A stretch of 64,000 nucleotides of DNA from Tricharina praecox (GCF_024521635.1 NW_026250406.1:1302001-1366000), one strand, 5' to 3'. Numbered from the stretch's first letter, positions 36,451 through 49,956 are shown. Program-made: numbers and translations. Notes: generated from the sequence alone by a model not told the origin.

Positions 36451-37541
36451 GGCCCTGAGCAGCTCCACCGGCCGGCAGGGAGCGTAGTAAAATAGATACC
36501 CTAGAACTTAGAAGAGTGGCGGAACTGAGCTGCCTGTGTCGGACTACTGTTATAGTAGTTTGTCTCTCTGTCCCCAGACAGCGCATGGATACCGCGTGTA
36601 TGTTCTGAGCTCGTCTTCGTACACTATCCGCAGCTCCTGCTGGGAGACGGCCTTGGAAAGGTTTCACGATACCTGCGCAGGCTGCTGGAGGCTCTGGGGA
36701 TCCTGGTGTTGAGGCTGGAGCTGCTGTTGCTGGCGCGAAGCTGCGAAACAGCCATCTGCTCCACCGCTGGCTTTTGTACTAGTAGTATCAATTGCGAACT
36801 CGGTTGCGGCGGAGGATTTGGCGGGTGAAGTTGCGGAGGCGGTTTTGACTGGTGGCCACTGGTGCTAATCGTGTTCCTGCTGGACAGTCGGCTGCTGGGA
36901 CAGGTGTCGCTTCGGAAGCTGCTGTGTGTTTGGAAGTAGGTTCGCAGCGTTCTCTATCGTTGGCAGCGGTGGGCTCGCCACTTGTGTTCGACATTATCGG
37001 CGTGAAGAACTTGGCGAGTGGCCCATGATTCTTCATTCCAAGAATTTGCTTGCATTTCATAACCGTCCAATGGCCGATTTGTCTCTAGTCGCGCGTTGTG
37101 GACAGCGCAGACCAGATGAGTCGAATTTGCGCTTGAGGCATAAAAGTTACTGACTCGCTATGCGCACATCTAGTGACTTGCCAGTACGATGGATTGACTG
37201 GTCACTAAATTGGATTGACTCGTCACTGAAATACTGGCCAAAATCTTACTTCTCAACTGATGGATGGAACACATAACCCACAAAAAAATCCTTATAAAAG
37301 TTGGGAAAGCAGCACCATGGCGAGCTCCAGTGCTTGGATAAAATAGAAAAGCATTCACTTTCTCTCTGTTAAACTCTCGTTGCCCAGTCGACTGCTTCAA
37401 AACACTTGGTTTTGTACGCAGAATTAGGGTGGCGGTGCAGCGGGCATCGCGTACCGCAGTCCGCCGAGGGTACCGGGTACCTTTTTAGCTCCACCGCGGG
37501 CATATTATACCTTCGCTCTTTATTGTTTGTTTGTTTGGCAG

Positions 37542-37679
37542 GCAGCAGCGCCACATCAAGCTAGCCAGTAGCGGGGTCTCCGCCGCGGCCGTCCAGAGTG
37601 GGCAGGAAAGGAGTGCGAAGGTTCGCCATAGTCTAGATACTTGGTTGCATGCGAAATAAATTGAAGATCTCGCTCTCTC
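37542..37679 (+). repeat. ~135-bp direct repeat D, copy 1 (copy 2 at 38914-39045)
   Basis: gcgccac/tat.a.gctagcc.gta...ggtctcc...agagtgggcaggaaagga.tgcga.ggttc.ccatagtctagata..gcatgcgaaataaattgaagat in both places. Confidence 0.85.
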
Positions 37680-37896
37680 ACGTACGCGCAAATGGTACAT
37701 AACCGCCGTGGATAGTGATTGGAGCGGAGGATTGTGACTTGTGACTCGTGAGAAACCGATTGGACGAAGCGGGGTGGTCATAACTTCCGTCATGCTGTGG
37801 TGCTGGCTGAACCTCTCGGAGCGCTCGTCAACGGCGTGATGCTACTTTACCTTGGTGAGCGTCACTTCCTTGGCTTCGCAGGCCTTAAGTGAAGGT

Positions 37897-38890
37897 GGCG
37901 AGTGATACACTATGCACCTGGCAGTGCTGCTTTTGGAGCGGAATTTACGACAGTGCGTTGATACCGCGTTTACAGCAATTGCGCGATATCGCATTACATG
38001 TACCCCGAGTACCGGTATGTCTGCATACGCCCGCCTCCACTACAACTAGAGTATTAAAAACTGAGGTCGTGGTGGAAGGATGCATTTTTGATATACATCC
38101 ACTGATCATGGGTGAAGTCCAGGTCCAGGTCCAGTGTTTGCCGCATTTGTTGGTCCGTGCCGGACCGCGGGTACGTGATCCCGTCTTTTGCTCTTCTGTG
38201 CGGCCTGCATACGTCCGCACTCCCTCCCTACACGGCTCTCCCCGTTGATTCCTGCTGGTCTGTTAGTACTATCCGCCGCGTTTGTTGTCCAGTGGTGTTC
38301 CAGGTCTAGGTCCAGTAGTTGCCGTATTGTTGGTCCGTGCCGGGACCGCGGGTACGTGATCCCGTCTTTTGCCCTTCTGTGCGGCCTGCATACGTCCGCA
38401 CTCCTCCCCACAAAATTCCCAGTCGATTCTTGCTGGTCCATTGGTTAGTATCCGCCGCTTTTGTCGATCCGCCGCGAGCTGGTCCATTAGCATCTGCCGC
38501 GTTTGTTGTCCAGTTGGTGTCAGGTTGGTGTCGTCCAGTTGGTGTCGTCCAGTTGGTCCCCAGGTTCCCACTGCAAACGTCCCCATGTTGTCACAGGCAA
38601 GGTATTGAAAACCAAGATGCGGCGTATGGACGATTGTTGGTGTACTTTTTTTCGGATTGGCGCCGGTAGTGTCGTGTCCTGATGATGGTGAAGGTGGTGG
38701 TGATGGAGGTGGTCTTGGTGTTGGTGGTGAGGAAGAAGAAGGAGGAGGAAGGAGGAAGAGAAAGAAGGGAGGGAAGTGGAATGTGTGGGGAAGAAGGAGC
38801 CCTAGTTAGTAGCTAGGGTTTTCCTGCAAAGGGTCGAGTGATACCATCGCTAGCTAGTACTAGAACCACCCTTCATATAGCAAGACTCAC
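37897..38890 (-). repeat. repeat unit C, copy 2, with an internal ~180-bp tandem duplication
   Basis: Reverse complement of 14571-15570. The segment ggtccgtgccggaccgcgggtacgtgatcccgtcttttg...gtccgcactcc occurs twice (~38150 and ~38330). Confidence 0.85.
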
Positions 38891-38913
38891 ACTACAAGCC
38901 ATCCGGCTGCGAA

Positions 38914-39045
38914 AGCGGCGCCATATAATGCTAGCCGGTAATGAGGTCTCCACTAGCCCGCTAGAGTGGGCAGGAAAGGATTGCGACGGTTCACCATAGT
39001 CTAGATAGGCTGCATGCGAAATAAATTGAAGATATCTTTCTCTCT
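38914..39045 (+). repeat. ~135-bp direct repeat D, copy 2
   Basis: Direct match to 37542-37679. Confidence 0.85.
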
Positions 39046-39289
39046 CCATCCGGCAGCGATGCCTACGAAATATACATTCAACGTCATGGGTTAAGATCAT
39101 CAAGATGTAATCGTGGTGAGCGGCATCAAATATGAGACCCATCCTAATTTTCGCAGTGCCTGGTATCTACATAAATCCACATACCAAATAAAACTCCAAA
39201 CCACCATCTAAAAGCACCCCAGACGCCGCGGAAAGCAAAACAACCCCCAAACTAGTCATAAAGGGAAAGAAGCAACCACCGTTAAGTCA

Positions 39290-40442
39290 TCACTGGTTCT
39301 GCCTGTCTTCCGCGAACAACGGCTCCTGACTCTTATAATTCCTGATCCCGTGTGGAATCGTGACGTCTTCTTCAACTGTGAGATTCCAGACCGTAATAGT
39401 ATCCATAGGGACGCCCTGCTGCTCCTGCCTCATTGGCTGGGCCGCAATCTCTTCATCCGCCGATGATGCCGGCCGATTCCAGAACCTGAAACTCGGTGTC
39501 TTCTCCGTGAAAGCTCTCACGACCATGATGACCAGCGGCCACAAAGCCGGAGCACTGGCGGCCACAATCCCCATCGCGATCTCAGCCCTGAAATCCGTCA
39601 ATATGTACCGCATGACCGATGGGTGTGTGTTTACTCACGACGTCCACAACCCCAACACGGGCGCTCTCCTACTCGGATCCCTACCGCCGGGCGTGCGGAA
39701 CAAGATCACCACGCGCATGACACCGGCAATGCACGCGATCACGCCCATCCCCAGCAGTCCCACAGCGATAGTCTTCTTCTTCCAACCCAGGAACTGCACG
39801 CGCACGACGAGGACCACGGGCAGCACCCACACGAGGAAATCAAGCACTGCACTCCCGGCGGGAACCACCCGCTGGATCGTGTAGTAGTTTAGACACTGCG
39901 CCTTCCGTCGCATGGGCGGCGGCTGGAAAGATGCGCTGACCGGGTTGCACGTGAAGATGATCAGGAAGACCATGAGGATCGCAAACACAACGTTGCAGAT
40001 CGTTAGGACTGTGGTGCTGTGCCGCACCCAGCAGTAGGGCGAGAGGCGGCGCGTCAGGAGGAGCACCGACACCCGGATCAGTGCCGTGGCGGGAAGGTAG
40101 AGGATGCGCGCGATACCGCCGATGAGTGCTTGCGTGCGGATGTCTGTTTGCGCGAGAGTTGCGGTTGACTTGCCGAGATGGTAGTCGAACACCATCACGC
40201 TGTGCAGTACGACGAGGGCTATGAAGAGGAGCTGCTATCGGTCAGTGTTTGCTGTGTGGGAAGTGGAATTCGGGGGGACTCACGGTGGAAAGAAGGATGA
40301 ACACATCATCACTCCTCAGCTTTCCCTGCATCTTGAATCTCGAGAAGACTCGGCCGGCGACGACTATGACGGTCAACGCGAGCAGCGAGAAGTCGACATC
40401 CAGCAAGACACGTCCTCCATTTTCCCCCTCGGGTATCAACAT
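39290..40442 (-). CDS. PTH11-like (fungal rhodopsin-domain) integral membrane protein without CFEM, ~349 aa, 3 exons
   Basis: Introns 40232-40283 (or acceptor at 40235) and 39588-39638. Motifs R.FSR......LRSDD, IFTCNPV..SF, D.LVWVLP, KK..AV.L.GMG..AC..GVMR, W.SAEIAMGIVAASAPALWPL; about 7 hydrophobic segments. Confidence 0.88.
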
Positions 40443-42033
40443 GGCGATCGAGAAAAGTGAAGAACATGGTGAATATGGCGAAGAGAGCACACTTATCCAT
40501 AATTATCGACCGGCCGGGGGAAGAATCGGACGTCATTGAGACATATAAGAGGAGTTCTATAGCAACGGAGGATATTCGGTTTGTCAATGCGTAATTTCGT
40601 GGGTCCAGTTAGCTGGCTCTGGTCGCGTGGATCGGCGGGCCCGTCCCGATTTCTCGTCCGACCGTATCTCACGCCTTCGAGAGACTGGCGCCCGTAGGCC
40701 GTCGCCACATTTCCCGAATTCTTCACAAATGTCACAGGAATTCTGCAGACATCATCGTCGTCGCTTTTCCGATCCCCCCACGAAAGGCCACGGCATTGGG
40801 GAAGTCGCCCGTCCCTAGCGCTGACGCAGGAACCAACCAGACACGAGATTACCCGCAACAAGCATGTGTGAACCCAAGATTCGGTAAATGATCGCCGAAA
40901 GCGAGCCTATTCGCCAATCGGAAGTGTCTTGGCCATAGATTTGCATGGCTGGTTGGCAGGTTGTCACACGAAGCTGGGTTTCGGGTAGGTGGGCATGGGA
41001 CCCCCAGGTGATCGACCCCACAATTCCCACGGCGGAAAAACCTACACCGGAACTCGACCGAGCGCACCATCATGTGCGTGAAAGCGGAAGCTGTGTAAAT
41101 TCGCGTGCTGTGAAGATATCGGTAGTGAAACCGGTGCTGAGGTCCCGGTACGAGGGGGCCACCTTGACAGTTTCTGTCCAACGTCCCGGCTCCGGCGGTG
41201 TGGGCTCGTAAAGGGAAATCGACTCCTCAGACCCCTAAATACCAAGAGAATATCTAACGAAACACGGCACGCAAGACAATCACATCGAGGGTCGCCGCAT
41301 TGGCAGCCGGTCTGCACCCGACCCAGCCGCTGCGTGGATTTGGACCTCCCAGCCTCACCGCTAGTCAAATCGCTTGGACTGAGGCGAGCGACGGGCAAAA
41401 AGCAAATAAAAGCTTGGAGAAGTTGAAAGCTTGATGCTTGGCCCCCATACTATACAGCCACGCCATCCTACGCGTCCTCTGTCTATTATTTTATATGGGG
41501 GAGCGTTGCGGTACCCCGGGTTAAAAGGCGCCATGGTGGCGGACGCCCACGACTCTCTCCCGAAAAATAAACTTACCGTGATACATCTGCTACATAGGCA
41601 TGTGGTTCTCCTGGGAGAAGAAATGCTCAAGCCCCAGCCCGATGACTTACTTGGTCGTGTCCTCCGGGATAGTGAATGTGTGAAGCTTGTCATCTCCATT
41701 AAGCCGAGTCATCGGTGCTTTCACTAAGGCTAGGAAATGCTCGCGAGCTTACGGTAGATACGATAGAGGACATGCCGTGATCCAAGTATATTGTTCAAAT
41801 GCATCAGCGAGAGGCGGGAAAGCCAGTCATTCTTATGTATGTACGGGCATAGTATCACTCTTGAGCTGCCGCGCGGGCAATAGCGGATTTGAACCTACTT
41901 CTGGTGTTACCGGTAGCAACTCTTGATGAGGTTGCTGCCACATTCTGCGTAGGCAAATAACTAGAGACGTCGTGTGTGGACTGCTAACGGTCGACATGAA
42001 ACCCGAGTGTACCCCATGATCTATGCTAAGCAC

Positions 42034-43783
42034 CTAACTCTTCGTTTCGTCGCCCCTCATAAACACCCTCTTTCCGGCAACCCAGGTCTCCTTCACGGCG
42101 GTCTCGTCTCTCAACCACTCCCACCCCTGTTTGGACTCCTCCAACCTCTTGTCGAGCACCACCCAATCTGCCCAGGCCCCCCCTTCAATCTTGCCCGCTT
42201 TCTTCATGCCAGCAGCTGCAGCGACGTTCCTTGTAAAACCCCTCAACGCTTCCCCAATGGTTAGCACTTCATCCGTGTGCCATCCGCCCCCACCGCCTAC
42301 ACTCTTTCCCGTTTTCGGATCACGTCTGGTCACGGCGGCGTAGATACCAGCCAGCACGCTCGGTGGCTCAACGGGGAAGTCACTGCCGAGCACTGGCTTC
42401 AACGGTAGAAACGACTTCATCCGGTACGCGCTCTTCTGCACTCGCTCCTCGCCCAGACGCGCCAGCGCGTAGAACTGATCGCTCGTCGCGTGTGTGGGCT
42501 GGATGCTGGGGATTATCTTCAGGGAGAACAAGCGTTTCTGGTCGTCGGGGTGGATGATCTGGGCGTGTTCGATTCTGAAGCCGGCGGAGGAGGGTGAGGC
42601 GGAGGAGATGGCAGCGATGGCCGCGCGGTTCGCGAAGTCGCCGATGGCGTGGATGCACACCGTGTAGCCGGCACGGGCCCATTGCGATGTGACCTCAGTA
42701 AGAGCCGAAGGAGCGAGCAGCATCGTTCCGTTCGTAGTGGGATCGTCGGAGTAAGGCTCGAGCAGGGCGGCGCCCCAGGATCCGAGTGCACCATCTGCCC
42801 CATTCATCAGTTTCTTCTCACTACCCCCGCCGAGTGGGGTACTCACCAGCAAACAGCTTTACCGAAGCCACAGTCACCATGCCATCCTCCCGCTTCACCA
42901 TCTCCGCCTCCTCGGGGCAGAAGGTGTTCAGAGCCCGGCATTGAATCATCGCGTACACCCTCAGCTTCAGCTCACCCTTCTCCGCCATCTCCACGTACAA
43001 TTCACGGTCATCGACGACAACGCCAGCGTCGTGCATTCCCACTATTCCGTACGAGTGTAGACTCTTCTGCGCCGTCTTGACAAACAATCTCTTCTCTTCA
43101 CGCGTAGGCGAGGGGACGAACGGCAGGACCAGATCCATCGCATCATCGCAAAACACACCGGGAGAGGGAATGCTCCCTCCGGGCGGCGATACCGGCGGCT
43201 CATCGCCCAGCAAGTCGAGCACAGCCCGCGAAACCCAGATACAATGCACATCCACCCGATACAGCAGGACATACAGGCTCTCGGGCAGATCACTCGCCAT
43301 TGGCATTCCGTCCGGAAGGAGTGACTGATCCCAGCCATTGCCTTTGATCCAATTCCCCTTCGTTCCAGACGTGGGGTGCTGCATGTGGTAGTCGCATATC
43401 TGCTCGAGGATCTCGGGAATGCTGTGCGTGTTGTAGACTTTCACGGTGCCGAGCATTTCGCCGTACTGGAAAAGATGAGCGTGGCCGTCCCAAAGGCCGG
43501 GGATGACGTGTTTCGAGAGGTTTACGGGCCATCCGCGCCGCAGGATTTGGGGCTCGGTTGCGGAGAATGGAGAGTTGAAGGTGCCATCGCTGTTGACACT
43601 GAGGCAGCCGGGAGTGAACTCGCGCGAGGTGCTGTCAAGAGTTGTGATTGAGCCGTAGCAATAGATTGTCGGCTTATCGGCGACGAAGGGAAGGGACGGG
43701 AGGTATTGTTGAAGGGTTTCGAGCGAGACGGAGAATGCGAAGAAGACGACCGGGAGCGAGAGAAGAAGGAGAAGGCGAAGCAT
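42034..43783 (-). CDS. amidohydrolase-3 family metallo-hydrolase (YtcJ/LAF3-like), ~565 aa, 2 exons, with an N-terminal hydrophobic segment
   Basis: Intron 42795-42846 restores KLFADGALGSWGAAL. Motifs PGLWDGHAH, G.GWDQ, RVDVHC.W, HAIGD.AN, RIEHAQ, QPTHATSD, GSDFPVEP. Confidence 0.92.
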
Positions 43784-44714
43784 CGCAACGAAAGAAGTGG
43801 TGTAGAGCCACTGAGCCGGATCGATGAGTGAGGATGGCGAGCTGAAGGACAGTGATGGTGGGGTTGACGTGTCAATTGGGTGCCGTGGACTAATGCAGAT
43901 GCATGCATGAACAACGGGGTAAAACTGGCCGGATAATGTGCAGCGGACAATGCCAAAAGCCATAAGGCTGTGAAGTGAGAACTTGTGAAGGCATTTCGGG
44001 TGATCTGGGGCACTACTCATCGGGTGAAGACCACATATCACAGTCGGTGCTTGTTAGTTTCTTCAGCAGTGCAAACAATGAAGTAGTGGGAATTCTCAAT
44101 ATCATTAGGGAACTCAGCGATAGATCAGCTCTTCCTCGAGTAGATGTATAGTAGGTATGATTATTGTACGAGCAAAATTAATTCGGGCTGTTCCTGCCGC
44201 ATCTTTCAGAAGTCTAGTCTGTTTTGGCCCGGTTCAACAATTGTATAGATATCCGGCCAGAGACTGTAAGTACTTCCTTCAAAGGGTACGCCCTTCTTCC
44301 ACACCGCTAGGTGTATGAGCAGACCCTCTACAGAAGAAAGCCTTCAAAGGCCACACAACCAAGGTGGATGACTTCAGCTGCAATCAATCGGTCCAACAAT
44401 ATCTTCATTTTCGGCGGCACCCAATCAAGTTACATCTTCATCTTCCTAAACGATCCAATAGCCCAACAATACGCCGCGGTCTCGTCTAAGATACTCGGTC
44501 CTAACATCTTGGTCGCCGCCGCCACAATCGCAACATCCGAGTTGCTCGGACGGTACTTCCGAAGAGAAATCGAGATCTAACTCCACCGCACCACACCCTC
44601 ATTCTTTCTACCGAACCAACTTCAACTTCACATGTCACAATATGCACCTCGAGCGACCATACCGGCCCCTGCCCGGCAGAATCGAGTGCCGCCGGCGCCA
44701 ACAGAATGCCCGAC

Positions 44715-44787
44715 AACACTCCCGCTTGTCCGCCAAACACTCCCGCTTGTCCGCCAAACACTCCCGCTTGTCCGCCAAACACTCCCG
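44715..44787. repeat. 21-bp tandem repeat (aacactcccgcttgtccgcca) x3.5
   Basis: Seen directly; encodes NTPACPP in ORF 44706-45032. Confidence 0.9.
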
Positions 44788-45958
44788 AAGGATGGGTTTC
44801 CATCAGCGGTGTTGACCACACTCGCATTGCATACACCCGCCCGTACTGCCAAGCAATCGCGAAATATCGCGGACCCTTCGAATACCCACCCGAAAACTCT
44901 CTCGACCGGGTCGCCGAGCTTGATGAGGCCACCGTGCTGCAGATCATCGACTGCGCACGGCATTATTGGCGGTGGCATAAGGAGAGGAATCCTGAGTGCG
45001 GAATATCTTTCATCACCCAACAGGGTGACTAGTTTGGTAAGGGCGAGCTCACGCAGTTAGTAGTCTATGTCATTCGAAAGCACTGCGGCATGACGGTGTA
45101 TCAAATCTTTACTCGATTCCTGGAGGCTTTCCTCTAGGAGGTGCTCATGCGCCATGTTCGGCGAAGGAGAACCGCCGAGGGAAGCGATTTCACTTCCATT
45201 GGTCCCCACTCCACCTCTTACAGCGTTTCCAGCGACGAAACAACCGATTCTAGCTCTGCCGCGACGAGTGATGTAAGCACTTCCGCAATCGTCGAGAGAT
45301 CCAACAAGGCGGATAATACTATCTAGGGTGTCCTGACCGGCCTTATTCTTATAGTCGGGAAGATGGTCAGGGGGGTTAGGGTCGATGATGAGTGCTCGGG
45401 TTGGGCAGTTGTGCTGCTCACCTGAATGATGGGATTTGTCTTGTTGATTTGATGTCGCGTTTTCTTCGCAGGAGTTATGGCGCTTGGGCTCTATCAATAC
45501 TGGTTTCTTCTTGAGTTCTTCAACGCGCACCGGGCTCATGTATGCATCCATTACCAAATGTTACGTATCGCGTGTCAAAGTACAGATTCATCATCAATCC
45601 CAACAGCCGTCAAGGCAATGTGTGCGAGTGAACTCCTATGGAGGCGTGTAGCGATCTGACGTAATGCTTCACTTAACGTCACTCAGCCTGACGAATTCTT
45701 TCCGCTTTCCTGAATATTGGATCTCCACTCCGAAACGGAGTGTGTGTTTGTATATTACCTTGATCTAAGCAAGTCACACATGAAGTCAATAATTAAGCAA
45801 AAAAATTGAATCACCATTCTGGAGAGATAGGGATCTCCAGCCGCTGGATAGCCACACCACAAAGCCTGATGTAGGCAGGTAGACAAAAGATTTCTATTGT
45901 ATCGGGCCGCGAGCTGCAGAGTGTATTGTACACTTCGCTCGACCCAACGAGAAAAATT

Positions 45959-46522
45959 CTAGCATCCACCCATCTTCGTATCCCCCTCAGCGTCACGCGG
46001 GTTCAGATCAACCGGCTCACTCTTTACCGGAGGATTCAGGTCCCTTGCTATGAAAACCTTCGCGGTTGCTTCTCCGGGGCAAAATTGTTCAGCCACTGCC
46101 AATGGAATTGGCATATCTGTCACCACCTCGCCATAGTTAACGTAGTGGGCAACCAGAATGTTCCAGTGCGCCTCCTCCATCACACGATACAATACTCCGC
46201 GGGTTTCCTTGCCAGGTGATTTGCGCTTCTTCCTGAAGAGGATCCGGAAGCCGTTGTCCATTGTGCGGAGTTCCATGCCTTGGCAGGAGCACTTGTGCAG
46301 CTTGGGGGGCTCCGGAAGGTTCAGCAGTCTCTGGACATTGTAAGGCACCATCAGTGTGTCGGCGAAGAAGACAACTATCGGCTTCCAAGGTACCGGAGTG
46401 TGGGGGTTGGATCGAACGGTAGACTTGCCGGGCACGGTGACTGGTTACGATGGGTTTGGTTAGATCACCGGCCGTGTGTGACAACTGAAGCGGGGAATCT
46501 CGTTACCTTTCTGAGCCGACAT
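45959..46522 (-). CDS. divergent gamma-glutamylcyclotransferase/AIG2-like protein, ~165 aa, 2 exons
   Basis: Intron 46441-46506 (GTAACG...CTAAC...AG) joins MSAQK to VTVPGKS. FFADTLM.P..VQRLLNL...PKL, GVLYRV..EAHW..L..Y and A.AKVF resemble the fungal GGCT-like pattern (FFYGTLM..P...G..Y.V). Confidence 0.6.
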
Positions 46523-47266
46523 GTCTAGTTCTCGTCGTTCGAAAACTACCGGGCAGGTCGCGTGGGTAGAATTGGTGTATCGACGTAGTGTAATCAGAGG
46601 TGGTGTGTGAGCAAAGGAAGTGATACACATGTCGGAGGGGTACCTATCGGCTTGCTCCCATTTACGTTAGGCGTGGGTGGGTTAAGGTTAGGGTTACCAC
46701 TAGTTACCCAGTGGAACCTGCCATGCAACAAGCGCGTTTGGCACCTTGTTGGCTAGACAATCGCGTTCCCAGCATCGGCAGCGAACAACGTGAGCAACGT
46801 CAACCGCAACCAGGTTTCGTTCGTCAACGGCTGGTGCGGAAGACGTCGTTCGTTCCTGCGGCACATCGCCAACCCTGATGCTTTACTGTTAACTATCCGA
46901 CGGCACATGAAGGAGGTCCTCGAGGACTGCAAGCTCGTGGATACGCTCTCAACAGCGGTATCGAACTACAAGTCGACAATTGGCACCTTGCTCAGCTTCT
47001 CGAATGATACGTTTTCAAGCCTCGACGTCAACATGGGACGACTGGCGAGCGAATTCGGCAAATCTGTCGTACGTACGTGGTGTAAATGAAGGGATGATGG
47101 TGCGGGGATATCAGAGTTGCGGTATGTAGATGAACACGCGAGAGCATGGTCGAAACTAAACTGATCTTCCCGAGATTGGCATGGGTTATCCGATCGCGAT
47201 CCACATAGTTTTGTATCTATCCCGGCTATTTCGAACTGTCTAATCTATCCCTCGAGGCCAAAAACC

Positions 47267-48859
47267 TCACATCAGACCTCCCAGTCCCAACGCCAAGTCT
47301 CCATCCGGCTCCTTTCCCGCTGCGATGCGTTTGATCTGTCCCTCATGCCATGCCTATATCATCGTCAGCACAGCCTTCGCACTCACGCACGCCCCCGATA
47401 ACTTGCACGCCAACTTACCGTCTCGGCCCTCAACCCTACCACCGGGACCCACTTCATCCACCAGCCTCCCACAATCTTGAAACTCTTCACCACCGCATCC
47501 TCATCTGTGACCTCTTTCGCAAGTAGTTTTGACTTGGGAAGTTGCGGCTCGAGGCAGGTAGGTCTTGCAAGACCGATCAGATCACAAGAGCCGTCGGTGA
47601 TGGTCCCGGCCATACCTAGCCGCGACCGGAAGCCGCCGCTGAGCATTATCGCCACATCCTTCCCAGCGGCCACGCGGGCTTTGGCCGCGAACGCAGCGAA
47701 GTAAGCTTCCCTGGCCACCGTTGATTGTCTAGGCGGCGCTGGGCCTTCGCGAGAAGCTCCCATCTACTCTACATCAGCTTTATTCCGTATGGAGCCGGAG
47801 AGCAGCGCACTCACCAAGGGTTTTTCGTAAGTGCCTCCGCTGATCTCTATCAGATCCACACCCGCCTTCGATATCTCCTCGACTTGGTGGAGAACCTCCT
47901 CCTCTTCCAGTCCCATCGTCGCGAAATCCGCGGAGTTGAGCTTGATGGCTATGCAGAACTCCTTAGAGGTAGCGGCGCGGACGGACGCGATAATACGGAG
48001 GAGTAGCGAGAGGCGCGCGGCGGCGCTACCACCGAAGGCGTCGGCGCGACGATTGATCTATCAGGGTCAGTGGGGTGATGGATGCGTGACGGGAGGGGAG
48101 AGGTAAGTGCCTTCGGCGACAGGAACTGTGTGAGTAGGTATCCGTGCGCGGCATGAATCTGCACACCCTTGAATCCCGCCGCTTTTGACAGCTTCGCGGC
48201 GAGCGTGAACTGGTCCACCAGTGTATCGATTTCTGCCACCGTCATCGCCTTCGGCGTGCCGAGGATGATCTTCCCCGCAAGCCGGTCCACACAGCTTCCG
48301 GGAAACTCCAGGGGCAGCGCGCTCGGCGCAATGTTCTTGGAGAAGAAAGAGCGCGTGCCGGAGAAGGGGTGGCTTTGTCGCCCCGGGTGGTTCAGTTGTA
48401 CAATCGTCGGGGTGCCGGAGGCTTGCGCGGCTGTTGCCCAGGCTGTCCAGCGGGAGAGCGCGAGCGGCGTGTCTAAGGCGGAAGGGAGCACGGAGATATC
48501 GCCGGGAATGCCGAGATAGCGTGGGTCGACTTCGACATTGCCTGCGGAGCGGAAGGTCAGAAGTGTGGGTTGGAAGTGTGGGGTGGTATCATATGCGCAT
48601 GTGTGTACCAGTAATCAACATCCCGTACTCGCCCTCGCTCCAGGCTCTGTACACGGCTAAATGCTTGTCGTTGGGCAGGTTGTCCTCTGAAGGGATGGCC
48701 ATGTTCTCGGCCATTGGCGCCTACAATCTCATTAGCTCTGCGGAAACATCGATTCACCCTCCATCCGAGTCAACAAACCTTCACCAACCGGTTGGGCAAC
48801 ACCAGCCCACATCGCAACTTCAGCGGTGATGAGAGAGTGTCAATAGCGTTTGAGTTCAT
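47267..48859 (-). CDS. NADH:flavin oxidoreductase / Old Yellow Enzyme family, ~432 aa, 6 exons
   Basis: Introns 48721-48778, 48542-48608, 48058-48110 (GC donor), 47764-47814 and 47354-47418 give a continuous frame. Motifs LPNRLVKAPMAE, ITGNVEVD, QLNHPGRQ, GFKGVQIHAAHGYLL.QFLSP..N.R.D.FGG, IKLNSAD, EISGGTYE, REAYF, GGFRSR, IGLARP. Confidence 0.92.
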
Positions 48860-49956
48860 CGTATGAAGTATGTTGTGTCGTGACTTTTGAGTTTGTGTGC
48901 AGTTCCGCGTGTCGGATGCACCTTTTAAACCTAGAATCACATGTTGTTAGGTGTAATTATCGGAGTTCCACACGGGCGGCATGGAGGATTTGCCGACCGA
49001 CCGGAGTTTTCGGAATCCCGGTGACGAAAAATCGGTAAGTTCCGGCCGCCCAAGTTCAGCGCCGAGAACCACACAAGTCACGTGTAGTCTAGCATGGCAT
49101 GATATTACTCAGCAACGACGTCTTATTTCGCCGCAAAAGACCGTCGACGCGGTCCGACGGTCGGGATATGTGATGAACCGGGCGTAGTGGGGAAATTATC
49201 TCTGTCCATCACCTGAATATTCCAACAGCTTTTGCTCGAGTGTTTCAATCAAACCCCACTCACCTCAGAACGGTACAAGACGAAACCATCCGATACCAGC
49301 GAGGAAATTTCGAAGGAGGTTTCAAATGGGGTACGCTCTGCACATGCGATTGATGCTCAATGGGATGCGATGAAGGATCCCTTTACCCGAGCCTTTACCT
49401 TTCTTTCCGCTCTTCATCCTAGGCTATCCTCCACTTCCACTGAGAATGGCTGGGTGGCACCAACAGGCGCAGTGTTTTGAGAGCTTCCGGGCCTGAGCCC
49501 CAGCACTTGAAAGTGTATATAACCCAGACTGATAAATTTGTGTTGCTCAATCGTGCTGCAGTCTAGGTAGCGGTGGTAGCGGTGGTAGCGGTGGTGGAAA
49601 TGGAGGTGGTAACGGTAATCGGTGCTCGCTGAGGAGGAAAGATGTTGATAGGGAAATGGAAGCGGACTCGAGAACTGGAGGTCATGCCATCATGTCAATC
49701 AACACCTGTTTTCAACCATCAGCGGGTGTTCATACATGTTCGGGGAGTACACCAAACCTGGCCTACCTTCTGGCTTCTTCCCGTTCCCCACGTGTCGCTG
49801 TTGGAATATTTGGGTAGAAGGGTAGAGATAATTTATTCGATGCAGCAACGGTATCATCTGCGGCGAGGTCTCTCTTTATATACAGACTTCAGACTTCTTA
49901 TTACGATGGTTGCGCGCCCCCAAGGTGTCGCCGAAGGTTGCTCGCCCCCAGCAGCT

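Noticed and set aside
36428..37060. Minus-strand ORF fragments (MSNTSGEPT...; MKPFQGRLP...)
   Set aside because: Interrupted by stops, low complexity, no family recognised.
41870..41950. Minus-strand ggttcaaatcc, possible tRNA T-loop
   Set aside because: The T-stem and acceptor stem do not pair.
39290..48859. PTH11-like, amidohydrolase, GGCT-like and OYE genes as a biosynthetic cluster
   Set aside because: All are on the minus strand, but there is no core synthase, transporter or regulator and no pathway logic I can support.
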